A stretch of 64,000 bases of DNA from an uncultured Candidatus Saccharibacteria bacterium (GTDB lineage: Bacteria; Patescibacteriota; Dojkabacteria; JAOAGR01): the NCBI GenBank assembly GCA_964503755.1, contig CAZDBO010000003.1, positions 32,686 through 96,685 of the forward strand, given 5' to 3'. Shown in pieces: positions 9,293-18,816 of this stretch. The translations under genes were made by a program, and so were the position numbers. A model generated the notes under the pieces. It saw only the letters and a list, made by a program, of their open reading frames with translations, was not told the origin of the DNA and did no database searches. Within the stretch, counting starts at the first letter, position 1; each line of letters starts with the position of its first letter.

Positions 9293-11095
9293 TTACTCCA
9301 CCGTTACCGACTTCGCTAAGTTGCGCGGTTTGTCGACGTCGCAGCCACGGTGTAATGCTGCATAGTAAGCAATTAATTGCAATGGCACGACAGACGCAAG
9401 CGGTGTGAGCATCGGATGAACGGCTGGGATGACGAAACGATCGTCTTCCATGTCTAATCCTTTCATCGAAATGATGCACGGATTTGCGCCGCGAGCGACA
9501 ACTTCTTTTACGTTCCCGCGAATGCTTAAGTTGACATGTTCTTGTGTCGCTAGGGCAATCACTGGTGTGCCGTTTTCAATTAAGGCGATTGTGCCGTGCT
9601 TCAATTCTCCACCCGCAAAGCCTTCTGCTTGAATATAAGAAATTTCTTTTAGCTTTAATGCGCCTTCTAATACAACATAATAGTCAACGGCGCGACCGAT
9701 GAAGAAGCAGTTGCGTGTTGTTGCTAAATACTCGCGCGCAATTTGCTCCATTTCATGTTTTGCGTCGCAAAGTGCTTCCATCGCATTTGCAACAATGCCA
9801 AGCTCTTTCGTCACATCAACATCTAGCGCCATTCCTTTCGCTTTAGCAGCTACCGCAGCTAACATGGCAAGCACCGCAATTTGTGCTGTATATGCTTTCG
9901 TTGATGCAACCGCGATTTCCGGTCCTGCATGAAGAAGAAGCGTATAGTCTACCTCGCGCGATAATGTCGAACCTGGTACGTTCGTAATCGTTAACGATTT
10001 ATAGCCAAGCTCTTTTGTGCGCACAAGCACCGCGCGGCTGTCCGCTGTTTCTCCACTTTGTGAAATATAAATAAATAACGGTTTTTCCGATAAAAGCGGC
10101 ATGTTGTAAGAAAACTCGCTGGCGATATGCACTTCCACAGGGATTTTCGCCCAGTTTTCAATCAATTGTTTACCGACTAAACCAGCGTGATAGCTCGTGC
10201 CGCAAGCAACGATATATAAACGATCCGCTTCATTCACTGCTTGCACGATTTCTTCGTCAATCGCCAATTCGCCTTGTTCGTTGCGATATTTTTCAATTAA
10301 ACGGCGAATGACGAGCGGTTGTTCGTCAATTTCTTTTAACATGTAGTAAGGATATGTTCCTTTTTCAATGTCGCTTGCATCCAATTCCGCTACATATGGT
10401 GCACGCTCTACTACTTCACCATTTAACTTTTTAATTGTCACACTTTCTTTTGTGACAATGACAATTTCTTTATCCATGAGCTCGACATATTGGTTTGTCA
10501 CTTGTAACATCGCTAATGCGTCGCTGGCGACTACATTAAATCCTTCGCCTAATCCAGCTAAAAGCGGGCTTTTGTTTTTCGCCGCATAAATGACACCATC
10601 ATTTTCTGCATCAATTAAAGCAATCGCATATGAACCTTTCAATAACGAAAGGGCCTTACGAAACGCTTCTTCTACCGATAATCCGTCGTTTACAAACGTT
10701 TCAATTAACTGCACAATGACTTCTGTATCCGTATCACTTTTAAACGACACGTGAGCTAAATAATCACGTTTTAACAACTCGTAGTTTTCAATTACCCCAT
10801 TGTGCACAAGCGTAAAGCGGCCTGATGCACTTTGGTGTGGATGGGCGTTGACGCGGTTCGGTACGCCATGTGTTGCCCAACGTGTATGACCGATGCCAAG
10901 CGGTGCGTCTACATCTTCTGCGACAATCGCACGCAAATGAGCAATTCGTCCTTTTTCTTTAAACACATGTACTCCTGTTTCGTTTAGTAAAGCAATTCCC
11001 GCAGAGTCATAGCCACGGTATTCTAACTTTTCTAATCCGTACAATAAAATTTCTTTTGATGGTTGTTCACCAATATAACCAACGATTCCGCACAT
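9293..11095 (-). CDS. glmS: Glutamine--fructose-6-phosphate aminotransferase (isomerising)
   Basis: 600 aa, N-terminal MCGIVGY class-II amidotransferase, two SIS domains, C-terminal ...[12 protein letters not shown]; Bacillaceae-like composition. Confidence 0.95.
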   Translation of the reverse strand: MCGIVGYIGEQPSKEILLYGLEKLEYRGYDSAGIALLNETGVHVFKEKGRIAHLRAIVAEDVDAPLGIGHTRWATHGVPNRVNAHPHQSASGRFTLVHNGVIENYELLKRDYLAHVSFKSDTDTEVIVQLIETFVNDGLSVEEAFRKALSLLKGSYAIALIDAENDGVIYAAKNKSPLLAGLGEGFNVVASDALAMLQVTNQYVELMDKEIVIVTKESVTIKKLNGEVVERAPYVAELDASDIEKGTYPYYMLKEIDEQPLVIRRLIEKYRNEQGELAIDEEIVQAVNEADRLYIVACGTSYHAGLVGKQLIENWAKIPVEVHIASEFSYNMPLLSEKPLFIYISQSGETADSRAVLVRTKELGYKSLTITNVPGSTLSREVDYTLLLHAGPEIAVASTKAYTAQIAVLAMLAAVAAKAKGMALDVDVTKELGIVANAMEALCDAKHEMEQIAREYLATTRNCFFIGRAVDYYVVLEGALKLKEISYIQAEGFAGGELKHGTIALIENGTPVIALATQEHVNLSIRGNVKEVVARGANPCIISMKGLDMEDDRFVIPAVHPMLTPLASVVPLQLIAYYAALHRGCDVDKPRNLAKSVTVE

Positions 11096-11104
11096 AACAA
11101 GTCC

Positions 11105-11320
11105 TCCCTAATCATAGGGGCAAGAAGGGGATCTTGGCCCTTAAATAATTGATGAAATGGCGATGAACGTTCTTTCCTTTCTGCAAAGAGTCGCCTCTTT
11201 GTTTTAAGAAAGAACTTGCGGCTGTCATCGCATCAGCCGGGAGGCATCCGCCGAACACTCGATAAACCTCCTCCTCGTCAACTAAGCTTTTTTCCGTCCA
11301 AAGCTTAGTCCAGGCGCTTT
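11105..11320 (-). ncRNA. glmS ribozyme (GlcN6P-responsive self-cleaving riboswitch) in the glmS 5' UTR
   Basis: - strand reads AGCGCCTGGACTAAGC...GTTGACGAGGAGGAGGTTTATCGAGTGTTCGGCGGATGCCTCCCGGCTGATGCGATGACAGCCGCAAG..., matching the conserved core of the Bacillus glmS ribozyme (AGCGCC...GUUGACGAGGAGGAGGUUUAUCGA...CGGCGGAUGCCUCCCGGCUG...ACAGCCG). Confidence 0.85.
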
Positions 11321-11488
11321 TATACAGTTATTTTCCGCTATCCTCCTTTCATGTAAGATGTCAAACAACAATAGTTTACAACAACAAAGAGGCAAACGTA
11401 AATGTGTATCGCTTACCCCTGTATAAACAAAATATGCATAAATGGAATAAATGGTTCCATTTATGCATATCGTTTACCGAGCATATCA

Positions 11489-12477
11489 TTATGCGCCAAA
11501 TCGTTCGCGAATAACAGACGCAATGCGCTCGACGTATTGATCGCAAAGTTCATTTGTTGGCGCTTCTGCCATCACGCGAACGAGCGGCTCCGTACCAGAC
11601 GTACGAACGAGAATGCGACCGTTTCCAGCCATCTCTTCTTCTACTTCGCGAATGACACGCTGCATCTCTTCATTCGCAATCGCCTCATGTTTGTCTGTTA
11701 CTTTCACATTCACTAATTTTTGTGGATATTTTTTCATTTCCCCCGCTAGCTCAGAAAGCGGCTTTTTCGTGATTTTCATAATTTTGACAAGCTGTAACGC
11801 CGTCAGTAGCCCGTCGCCTGTCGTATTGTAATCGAGGAAAATAATATGCCCCGATTGTTCTCCACCTAAATTGTAGCCGTTCTTTTTCATTTCTTCGACG
11901 ACGTAACGGTCGCCAACTGCTGTTTGTACGCTTTTGATTCCTTGCGCTTCAAGCGCTTTATAAAAACCAATGTTGCTCATCACCGTCGAAACGACCGTTT
12001 GATGTTTCAAGCGACCTTGTTCGTGTAAATATTTTGCGCAAATGCACATAATTTGATCGCCATCAACGATTTGACCGTTTTCATCAACTGCAATTAATCG
12101 GTCGCCATCGCCATCGAACGCTAAACCTACATCTGCTCCTTTTTCCTTCACAAACGCAGCCAACACCTCTGGATGTGTCGAACCGACACCTTCGTTAATG
12201 TTTAATCCGTTTGGAGATGCGCCCATCGTAGACACATCGGCATCTAAATCAGCAAATAAATGTGTCGCTAATGACGACGTCGCACCGTGCGCACAATCAA
12301 GTGCAACGTGAATGCCTGAAAAATCTTTGTCCACTGTTTGCTTTAAATATTGTAAATATTTTTGTCCGCCTTCAAAGTAATCGTTTACTTGCCCTAAATC
12401 TTTCCCAATCGGACGTGGTAACGTATCTTGTTCACTATCGAGAAGCGCTTCAATTTGAATTTTGTTCTTGTGGATAT
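11489..12477 (-). CDS. glmM: Phosphoglucosamine mutase, 5'-truncated (C-terminal about 320 aa present)
   Basis: ...[63 protein letters not shown]...[10 protein letters not shown]... aligns with the central and C-terminal GlmM; N-terminal region with the active-site Ser loop is absent; the frame closes at TAA 12475-12477 at the composition boundary. Confidence 0.85.
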
Positions 12478-12963
12478 TGACTTCTTAAAAAATCCATATA
12501 ATTTTTTATATAAGACACATTATATTTTCTCTTCTCCGTTTCCCAATCTCGATCAATTGCCGAAGTATTATTTCGTGATAGATTATTATTTCCAACAAAG
12601 CTAAAACAACCAAAACTACACCAGTGAATACTACGGCTGTAGCCAGCGTTATAACTACAACAAATCTTCGCTTCGATTTTTATTTGTTATTAAATCCCTA
12701 CCCAAATAAAATATTTGTAAATTTGAATTATTTATTCTTGGCGTTACCTTTGCCTTTATATTTTCCAAAAAAAAACACTAAACCATTTAAATAATTGATT
12801 TACAGGAAAACCTCTCCTATTATCTCTTTTATCTGATTTATGATGGGCTTGCTTGTAACCAGATACAATACATTACTTTATTAAAATACCGTTACATTGT
12901 CAACAGAATCAAATCAAAATTTGTTTTTTGTCAAGTCTCATAACTGTTTATAATTTATTTGTA

Positions 12964-12993
12964 TTGACAAATAACGCATCAGTGAGTTACAAT
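12964..12993 (+). promoter_or_regulatory. Sigma70-like promoter (TTGACA-18-TACAAT); TSS predicted at the ATG of the DUF11 giant protein (leaderless)
   Basis: -35 TTGACA 12964-12969, -10 TACAAT 12988-12993, ATG at 13000 (7 nt downstream). Confidence 0.45.
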
Positions 12994-12999
12994 TTATAC

Positions 13000-15900
13000 A
13001 TGGAAAGGCCTACCAAATTATTAACAACAACAAGAAAAAATAATTATCAAGTTCTGATTTCTCTGATTGGACTAATAATTTTTGGTTTATTCTTTATAGT
13101 TTACCTCGTATCGGTGATCAGCAACAATGACAATCAAGCCAATATAAACTCTAAAGCTTATGCTTTTTCTGCAGAATGGATATACGACGGTGGAAATGGT
13201 CGCGCAAATCGCAACTGTAGATATCAAACAGGTGGTGGTAAATGTGCATTATCAGAATTTAGAGGATGCAATCCCGGTCCAGACACAATTTGTGTTTGTA
13301 ATAAAGATATAATCGTAAACAACGAACAAAGCTTAACCTATGGTAATTTTTCACTCATGCCTGTATCACAATATATTGAATGTGGCATTGATACGAGCAT
13401 CTGTAATAATCCAAATGTACCAGGTGAAACACTTCCTGATGGAAGCCGTATGGTCATAGGAGTAGCTTCTGTTTGCCAAAATCCTTATGCTATTAAATGT
13501 CCACCAAGACAGACACCTAGTCCAAGACGCGCAAGTGTAAACTTAGAAGTTGTATGTGTTGATGGAAATGACCGTACAGGTAATTTTACTATCACAGCTT
13601 CCGCTGTCAGAAGTTCTGATGGGCGAGGACTGGCAGTCCAAACTTTCAATAACGTCAGACCAAATTCTAGCGTACAAAGATATACAATAAATTTTGACTA
13701 TTTTGCAGATACGGATTTACCTGTCCGCCTTAATTTGGATAATTCTCCAACATCAGATAACGGTGTATATGTATCTAGAAATACATGTGCTGGATTAGAC
13801 TTACGAGATGGTGAAACTTGTAGACTCGAATATAGCGGCTGTCGTATACCCACAACACCACCACCTTCATCAACATCTATAAACGTTGGTGCAAGATGTG
13901 TGACAGAAGATGGCAGAAATGAAATCTTCAAAATATCAGGAATAAGATATCAGGCTTCCGTGAATGCACAAACACAAAGTGGAACTACTGGCAACAATCT
14001 TAATACCCATACATTCAATGGAGTAGGAAATGTTACTGTAACATTAGCTTCAAATCTTGATGAAATAAAAAGATTGCCACAACTTCAAAGATTTACACAA
14101 CTAAGACAATTGAGTCCAAACAGCATTACGGTTTCCAATGGAGGGGAAGCTATATTTAATTTTACAAATTGCTATATACCAATAACAGCACAATGTACTT
14201 CATTACGAATCGAATATACCGACACAAACAATCAACAAAAAACAATAAACGTTACATCCACAAATTCAGTTAATGTGGCTGATGGTTTACCAAAACCCGG
14301 TACACAATTGAGACTAATTGCAACAGGTGGAGATGCAAACACATTATTTAGAACTTTCTGGATGAAACCAATTAATGCTGATTCATCACAAGGATGTAAT
14401 TTTTATCTGATCCACAACGGTACAGTGAATACAACAATTAACTCTTCTGGTAACACAACAACCGCGACATTTACTCTACCAAACAATTATTTGACAGAAT
14501 TATCACGTGGTGACGCAGGACAAGATAAACTTGGACAATGTAATAATAAATTAGATTTTAGACAGGGTATCATGTTTGGTGTAAATTATCATGCTGAATG
14601 GATTGAAGGTATGAGATTTTGTAGAAATGTGTCTGGTCGTACAGAAGGTGGAGATTTAATTGAGGTCTACTGCGTAAATAGAGATAACAATGGAAATTGT
14701 ACTAGAGTAGACTGGAGACCAATCAATCAACGATGTGACAACATATGTATTGCTAACGCTAGACCAGCACAAACAGAAACGCCAAGATGTACAGGTTTAG
14801 AAATAACAAATTTAAGAAATAACAATACATGCAATGGCTCAAATCCTGCTGCTTGTAATTTGAATAGAGGTGATAGACTAAGAGTAACCATAAGGTATTC
14901 GGGTAATCCAAGAGAATACATTTCTGAAGAAACAGCCATATTTTATGGTACACGTGGTCCATTATCTGCATCACGAACATTAAATAGTCCAACTTTTGAA
15001 GTAAATGTAAATAACGATAATGATTTAAGAACATTCAGAATACGAGGAGACGTAAATCCTGGATCAAACAGTCAAAACAATCAATGTACTGTAGAATTCA
15101 ACTTCGCTCAAATTACAAATCAATCGATAAATGTTGAGGCTGTATGTAGAGATAATAATCAAAATATCAGACTTGGCGGCATAAACTATAGAATCACCGC
15201 ACAAGACAATTCTACACAAACTGGTACTACAGATAGCAACTCCGCAAGAACTCATAATTTCCTATCGAATCAAATGCCAGTAAGAGTTGAAATAACCGAT
15301 GAGATCGAAAGAATAAGACAAATTACAAGTTATCCAAATTTAGAGTTTGTAGATCCACCTGGCAGAACTATTAATAACGTGAATAATGGTCAAACTGCAA
15401 CATTCGTATTTAGAAATTGTGTAAGACAGACACTGAATCCGCAAATCACTATAGAAAAAAGACTTATTGAAGGAAATTATCAAAATGTTGGAAATAATGT
15501 TGTATTTGACATTGTAGTCAGAAATACAGGAAATGTGGATATCCGATCATTCAATTTATCAGATGAATTTGATAATAGATATCTTAAATTTATTGATGCA
15601 ACATATCGAAATGTAAATCTGGCACCAACAACTAGAATTGGTCCAAACAACAATTTAATAACTCTGAGATGGGATGATATGCCTCCAAAATCAGGAAATA
15701 TAACTGGTGAAGATGGAATCCTTACTATTAATGAAACATTTGTTTTGAGAGTAAGATTTAGAACACTAAATTCGACAGAAAATCTACCACAAAATGCCAG
15801 AGAAAATGATAACTGTGGATTAATAAACACTATAAGATTTGTAAATGATAGAAACGAAACAGAAATAAGAACTGTTGATCTGAGAAGTTGTGATGAGTTC

Positions 15901-16476
15901 TTCACACGTACACCTAGACCGCTCACAGTACAAATAAGTAAAAATGCTATAACAACCGAAGTAAATATTACTCAAGAAGCAAGATTCAGAATTACGATAA
16001 CAAATAACGACCCTGAAAGAAGAACATACACAGATATAGACTTTGTCGATACTTATGATGTTAGATTCTTAAAACCAATAAGAGCTCGTATTACAGCACC
16101 AAATGGTAGAGCGGCAGAGATCACAAATGTTCCTCATGTAAGTCCGTGGAGAATAGAAAACATACAAGAACTACAAAGTATAACTGGTGCCGGTCCTTTA
16201 GGAAATTTGGAATACAATCAATCATATGTAATAGAGCTTGTATACCAAGCATTAGCAGGTACAAATAGTACATGCGACACGGTCTATGCAGATGTTAGAT
16301 CAAGTGACAATAACGGAGCACGCAGTAATAATGCAGAAGCCTGTGTCAAAATAGTAGTACCACCATCCAAAGACACAGGTGCTGATGGATTTATACAATT
16401 GGTCCTACCAGGATTATTATCAACTGCTGCATATGTTGTGATGAGATTTGTTAGAAGAGAGGAGTACCTAGCTTAA
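13000..16476 (+). CDS. Giant surface protein: N-terminal signal-anchor TM, Cys-rich region, DUF11 (conserved repeat domain) repeats, C-terminal TM anchor with basic tail
   Basis: N-terminal TM YQVLISLIGLIIFGLFFIVYLVSVI; many Cys in residues about 90-560; DUF11-like repeats (NVVFDIVVRNTGNVDIRSFNLSDEFDNRYLKFIDATY; ARFRITITNNDPERRTYTDIDFVDTYDVRFLKP); C-terminus ...FIQLVLPGLLSTAAYVVMRFVRREEYLA. Confidence 0.7.
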   Translation: MERPTKLLTTTRKNNYQVLISLIGLIIFGLFFIVYLVSVISNNDNQANINSKAYAFSAEWIYDGGNGRANRNCRYQTGGGKCALSEFRGCNPGPDTICVCNKDIIVNNEQSLTYGNFSLMPVSQYIECGIDTSICNNPNVPGETLPDGSRMVIGVASVCQNPYAIKCPPRQTPSPRRASVNLEVVCVDGNDRTGNFTITASAVRSSDGRGLAVQTFNNVRPNSSVQRYTINFDYFADTDLPVRLNLDNSPTSDNGVYVSRNTCAGLDLRDGETCRLEYSGCRIPTTPPPSSTSINVGARCVTEDGRNEIFKISGIRYQASVNAQTQSGTTGNNLNTHTFNGVGNVTVTLASNLDEIKRLPQLQRFTQLRQLSPNSITVSNGGEAIFNFTNCYIPITAQCTSLRIEYTDTNNQQKTINVTSTNSVNVADGLPKPGTQLRLIATGGDANTLFRTFWMKPINADSSQGCNFYLIHNGTVNTTINSSGNTTTATFTLPNNYLTELSRGDAGQDKLGQCNNKLDFRQGIMFGVNYHAEWIEGMRFCRNVSGRTEGGDLIEVYCVNRDNNGNCTRVDWRPINQRCDNICIANARPAQTETPRCTGLEITNLRNNNTCNGSNPAACNLNRGDRLRVTIRYSGNPREYISEETAIFYGTRGPLSASRTLNSPTFEVNVNNDNDLRTFRIRGDVNPGSNSQNNQCTVEFNFAQITNQSINVEAVCRDNNQNIRLGGINYRITAQDNSTQTGTTDSNSARTHNFLSNQMPVRVEITDEIERIRQITSYPNLEFVDPPGRTINNVNNGQTATFVFRNCVRQTLNPQITIEKRLIEGNYQNVGNNVVFDIVVRNTGNVDIRSFNLSDEFDNRYLKFIDATYRNVNLAPTTRIGPNNNLITLRWDDMPPKSGNITGEDGILTINETFVLRVRFRTLNSTENLPQNARENDNCGLINTIRFVNDRNETEIRTVDLRSCDEFFTRTPRPLTVQISKNAITTEVNITQEARFRITITNNDPERRTYTDIDFVDTYDVRFLKPIRARITAPNGRAAEITNVPHVSPWRIENIQELQSITGAGPLGNLEYNQSYVIELVYQALAGTNSTCDTVYADVRSSDNNGARSNNAEACVKIVVPPSKDTGADGFIQLVLPGLLSTAAYVVMRFVRREEYLA

Positions 16477-16483
16477 GCAAAAA

Positions 16484-16810
16484 TTGCAAATTCATATTAT
16501 CCAGGACATAATAGATGATATGTCCTGGATTTTATTTTTAATTATTACAATTTCCAGTATAGGTATAATAATAATATTAAATTTTGTACCTCCCTACTCT
16601 ACAAATAATGAAATAAACATAATACCTGTATTTTTTCTTAGTTTGTTTTTTGGTTCCTGTACCGCTTCAATATTTTACTTTTTATATAGTGTATTAACAA
16701 AAAAGAACAAAAATATAAGAATCTTTTGGAATAAACAACTCGGATATTTAAGCTTTTTTGTCGGGATAATTTTTGCGATCACCTTATTTATTAAAATTCT
16801 ATATTTCTAA
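16484..16810 (+). CDS. Small hypothetical membrane protein (3 TM)
   Basis: 108-aa hydrophobic ORF 7 nt after the giant gene. Confidence 0.4.
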   Translation: MQIHIIQDIIDDMSWILFLIITISSIGIIIILNFVPPYSTNNEINIIPVFFLSLFFGSCTASIFYFLYSVLTKKNKNIRIFWNKQLGYLSFFVGIIFAITLFIKILYF

Positions 16811-16867
16811 TAATTTGCAAATTTCACAAAAATTGATAACATAAGCTTGGTAGGCCTCTTTTACCAA

Positions 16868-16903
16868 GCCCTTTCTAGAAATAGAAAGGGTTTTTATTTT
16901 TTT
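16868..16903 (+). terminator. Rho-independent terminator (preceded by a second hairpin at 16845-16869)
   Basis: GCCCTTTCT-agaaata-GAAAGGG followed by TTTTTATTTTTTT; upstream hairpin GCTTGGTA..TACCAAGC. Confidence 0.75.
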
Positions 16904-16938
16904 ATCAACTTGCTAATATATCATTAAAAACTGCCCAA

Positions 16939-17415
16939 ATGACAATTAGAAATTCTATTGTTATAAATTTAGATAAAGTTCGTACTGGCATTAAGTCTAA
17001 GTTATCTAATGTAGTTTTTTATATCATTTATTTTGTAATAATCTTCAGTACAATACTCTTTGTTTCTAACGAAATACTGGCTAGTATAATCAATAAATCC
17101 AACATAGAAGAAAAAGTCAGAATTTATGAAGAACAAATTGAAAAATTAAAAAACGAAAATAAGCGTTTACAGATAGTCAAGGAGCAGATTTTTAGTCAAT
17201 TTTATCTTGAAGGCGAAGCACGTAATATGGGAATGATAAAAGATGGGGAAATTTTATATAAACTCAATCAAAACAGTAATATCAATGATTCTAATTCTAC
17301 AATTCAGACGACAGGTAATATAACCATGATTGAAAATGAACAAAGAAAGAATCTTAATAACGAAAAGAATAATAGTAGCTACATTATACAGTGGTTAGAA
17401 TTAATTTTTAATTAA
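16939..17415 (+). CDS. Membrane-anchored coiled-coil protein (FtsB/DivIC-like septum protein?)
   Basis: N-terminal TM followed by heptad coiled coil IEEKVRIYEEQIEKLKNENKRLQIVKEQ. Confidence 0.35.
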   Translation: MTIRNSIVINLDKVRTGIKSKLSNVVFYIIYFVIIFSTILFVSNEILASIINKSNIEEKVRIYEEQIEKLKNENKRLQIVKEQIFSQFYLEGEARNMGMIKDGEILYKLNQNSNINDSNSTIQTTGNITMIENEQRKNLNNEKNNSSYIIQWLELIFN

Positions 17416-18284
17416 TACGTTTTAGGTTTGACCAAAACAAAAAATGTGTAGTTTTCTTTGTTATCCTCTAAGTTTGTCTCTACTATATCAAGATTAAAAA
17501 TTCCAGCTAGCAAGCTCGAACCCATCACAGCAATATTATCTGGAAGTTCGCCACTAGCCAATAATTCTGCAACTTTTGAATGAGTTATCATCTCACCCTC
17601 ACCTGAGATTTGACGTAAATTTGGATACTTTTTAGCCATTGTATCTTTTGTCTGTAAAAATACTTGGGGGTGAGCCATTACTGTATCTATTTTTTCTAAT
17701 GTTACTCCTTTCTTTTTCATCAAAGCATGAGAAATACGAGTCTTATATGAACTAACATATTCAAAGTTATACTTACCAACATTTACAATAGTTTCCTCAA
17801 CAACTCCTCCTAGTACATTAAATAGTGCAAATTGACCATAGTCTATTTCATGTACGCTTAATGCATGTAATACATTTTCTGTTGCGTATAAATATACAAT
17901 CTCTATCTCTTTATCACCAAATATTTTCTCTTTATTTTCAAATAAAGCCTGTTCATTAAAGCTTCCTTGTCCTCCTTGTATGCCAACACGTATTTTATCA
18001 CCTGTACTTTTAACTAATGCCTTTTGATTTTGTATAGAATATGAATGAAAAATATCAAATATATCTTTCACAAATCTATCAGAAAGATCTGGACAGTTAT
18101 CAATGACATACTTTATTTTTTGCTCTATGAGTTCTGCCCATCTATCCTTATCGTAAAATTTTTTACCAGTTTTAATTTTATAAATCCCTATTTCTTTTAC
18201 TACTGTAAAACGTTCTTCCAACAGATTAAGTAATTGCTTATCAATTTCATCTATTTTTTTTCTTAAATCATTTATATTATTCAT
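17412..18284 (-). CDS. pheA: Bifunctional chorismate mutase / prephenate dehydratase (no ACT domain)
   Basis: N-terminal AroQ chorismate mutase helix pattern (LRKKIDEIDKQLLNLLEERFTVVKEIGIYK) followed by a PDT domain (IRVGIQGGQGSFNEQA ... TFFVLV). Confidence 0.7.
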   Translation of the reverse strand: MNNINDLRKKIDEIDKQLLNLLEERFTVVKEIGIYKIKTGKKFYDKDRWAELIEQKIKYVIDNCPDLSDRFVKDIFDIFHSYSIQNQKALVKSTGDKIRVGIQGGQGSFNEQALFENKEKIFGDKEIEIVYLYATENVLHALSVHEIDYGQFALFNVLGGVVEETIVNVGKYNFEYVSSYKTRISHALMKKKGVTLEKIDTVMAHPQVFLQTKDTMAKKYPNLRQISGEGEMITHSKVAELLASGELPDNIAVMGSSLLAGIFNLDIVETNLEDNKENYTFFVLVKPKTY

Positions 18285-18816
18285 AAAATGTGAAGTATGA
18301 TTGGAAATTATACAACATAAAACTTAGAAAATATTTGTAAAAATGAGAAAACACAAAAACTAACTGTGTCTTTTGGACAAAATCCGAACTTTCTTCCGCG
18401 AAAATTCTGACACTAACTTCTGAAGTTTTACGCTCGGAGGCAAAAAGGAAGGAAGTTGGCAGGAAGGAATTTTTACCCGACCTCTCTTTCCGCCACCGAA
18501 TTTTGTATTTCACTCTGCGAATGCACTGCCATAATTCACTCGATTATTTTGTAGTATAACAATAAAGTAAGCTTCTTTTTCACTACTGTTATACTGCTAA
18601 AACTTTATTTATATGACAAATGAAAAATTATTAGCAAAAATATTAAGAAATTCCATGCTAAACTTGACTTAACATAATGTGATTTAGCCAAGAAAGCGAT
18701 GTAAAATATACAACACTGACGAAAATAGAAAATGGCGAGGTTAATACAAACTATGGCGAAAATCGCCAAAGCACTTGATGTTTCAATAGAAGATTTGATA
18801 AAAAAGAAAAAAGTAT

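Noticed and set aside
9276-10589. Several 60-80 aa ORFs antisense to glmS (9276-9479, 9429-9632, 9699-9932, 10368-10589) and similar ones inside metE, atpD, valS, pheT and nrdJ
   Set aside because: They lie fully inside long, strongly conserved genes on the opposite strand, have Ala/Ser/Cys-rich low-complexity translations and no start context. They are shadow ORFs.
18285-18600. T-box leader for pheA or SRP RNA
   Set aside because: No AAUUAGGGUGGNACCGCG T-box sequence (the closest is AAUUCGGUGGCGG, which lacks the UGGNACC bulge). The GGAAGGAAG run resembles SRP domain IV only superficially. It is kept as an unclassified candidate RNA instead.
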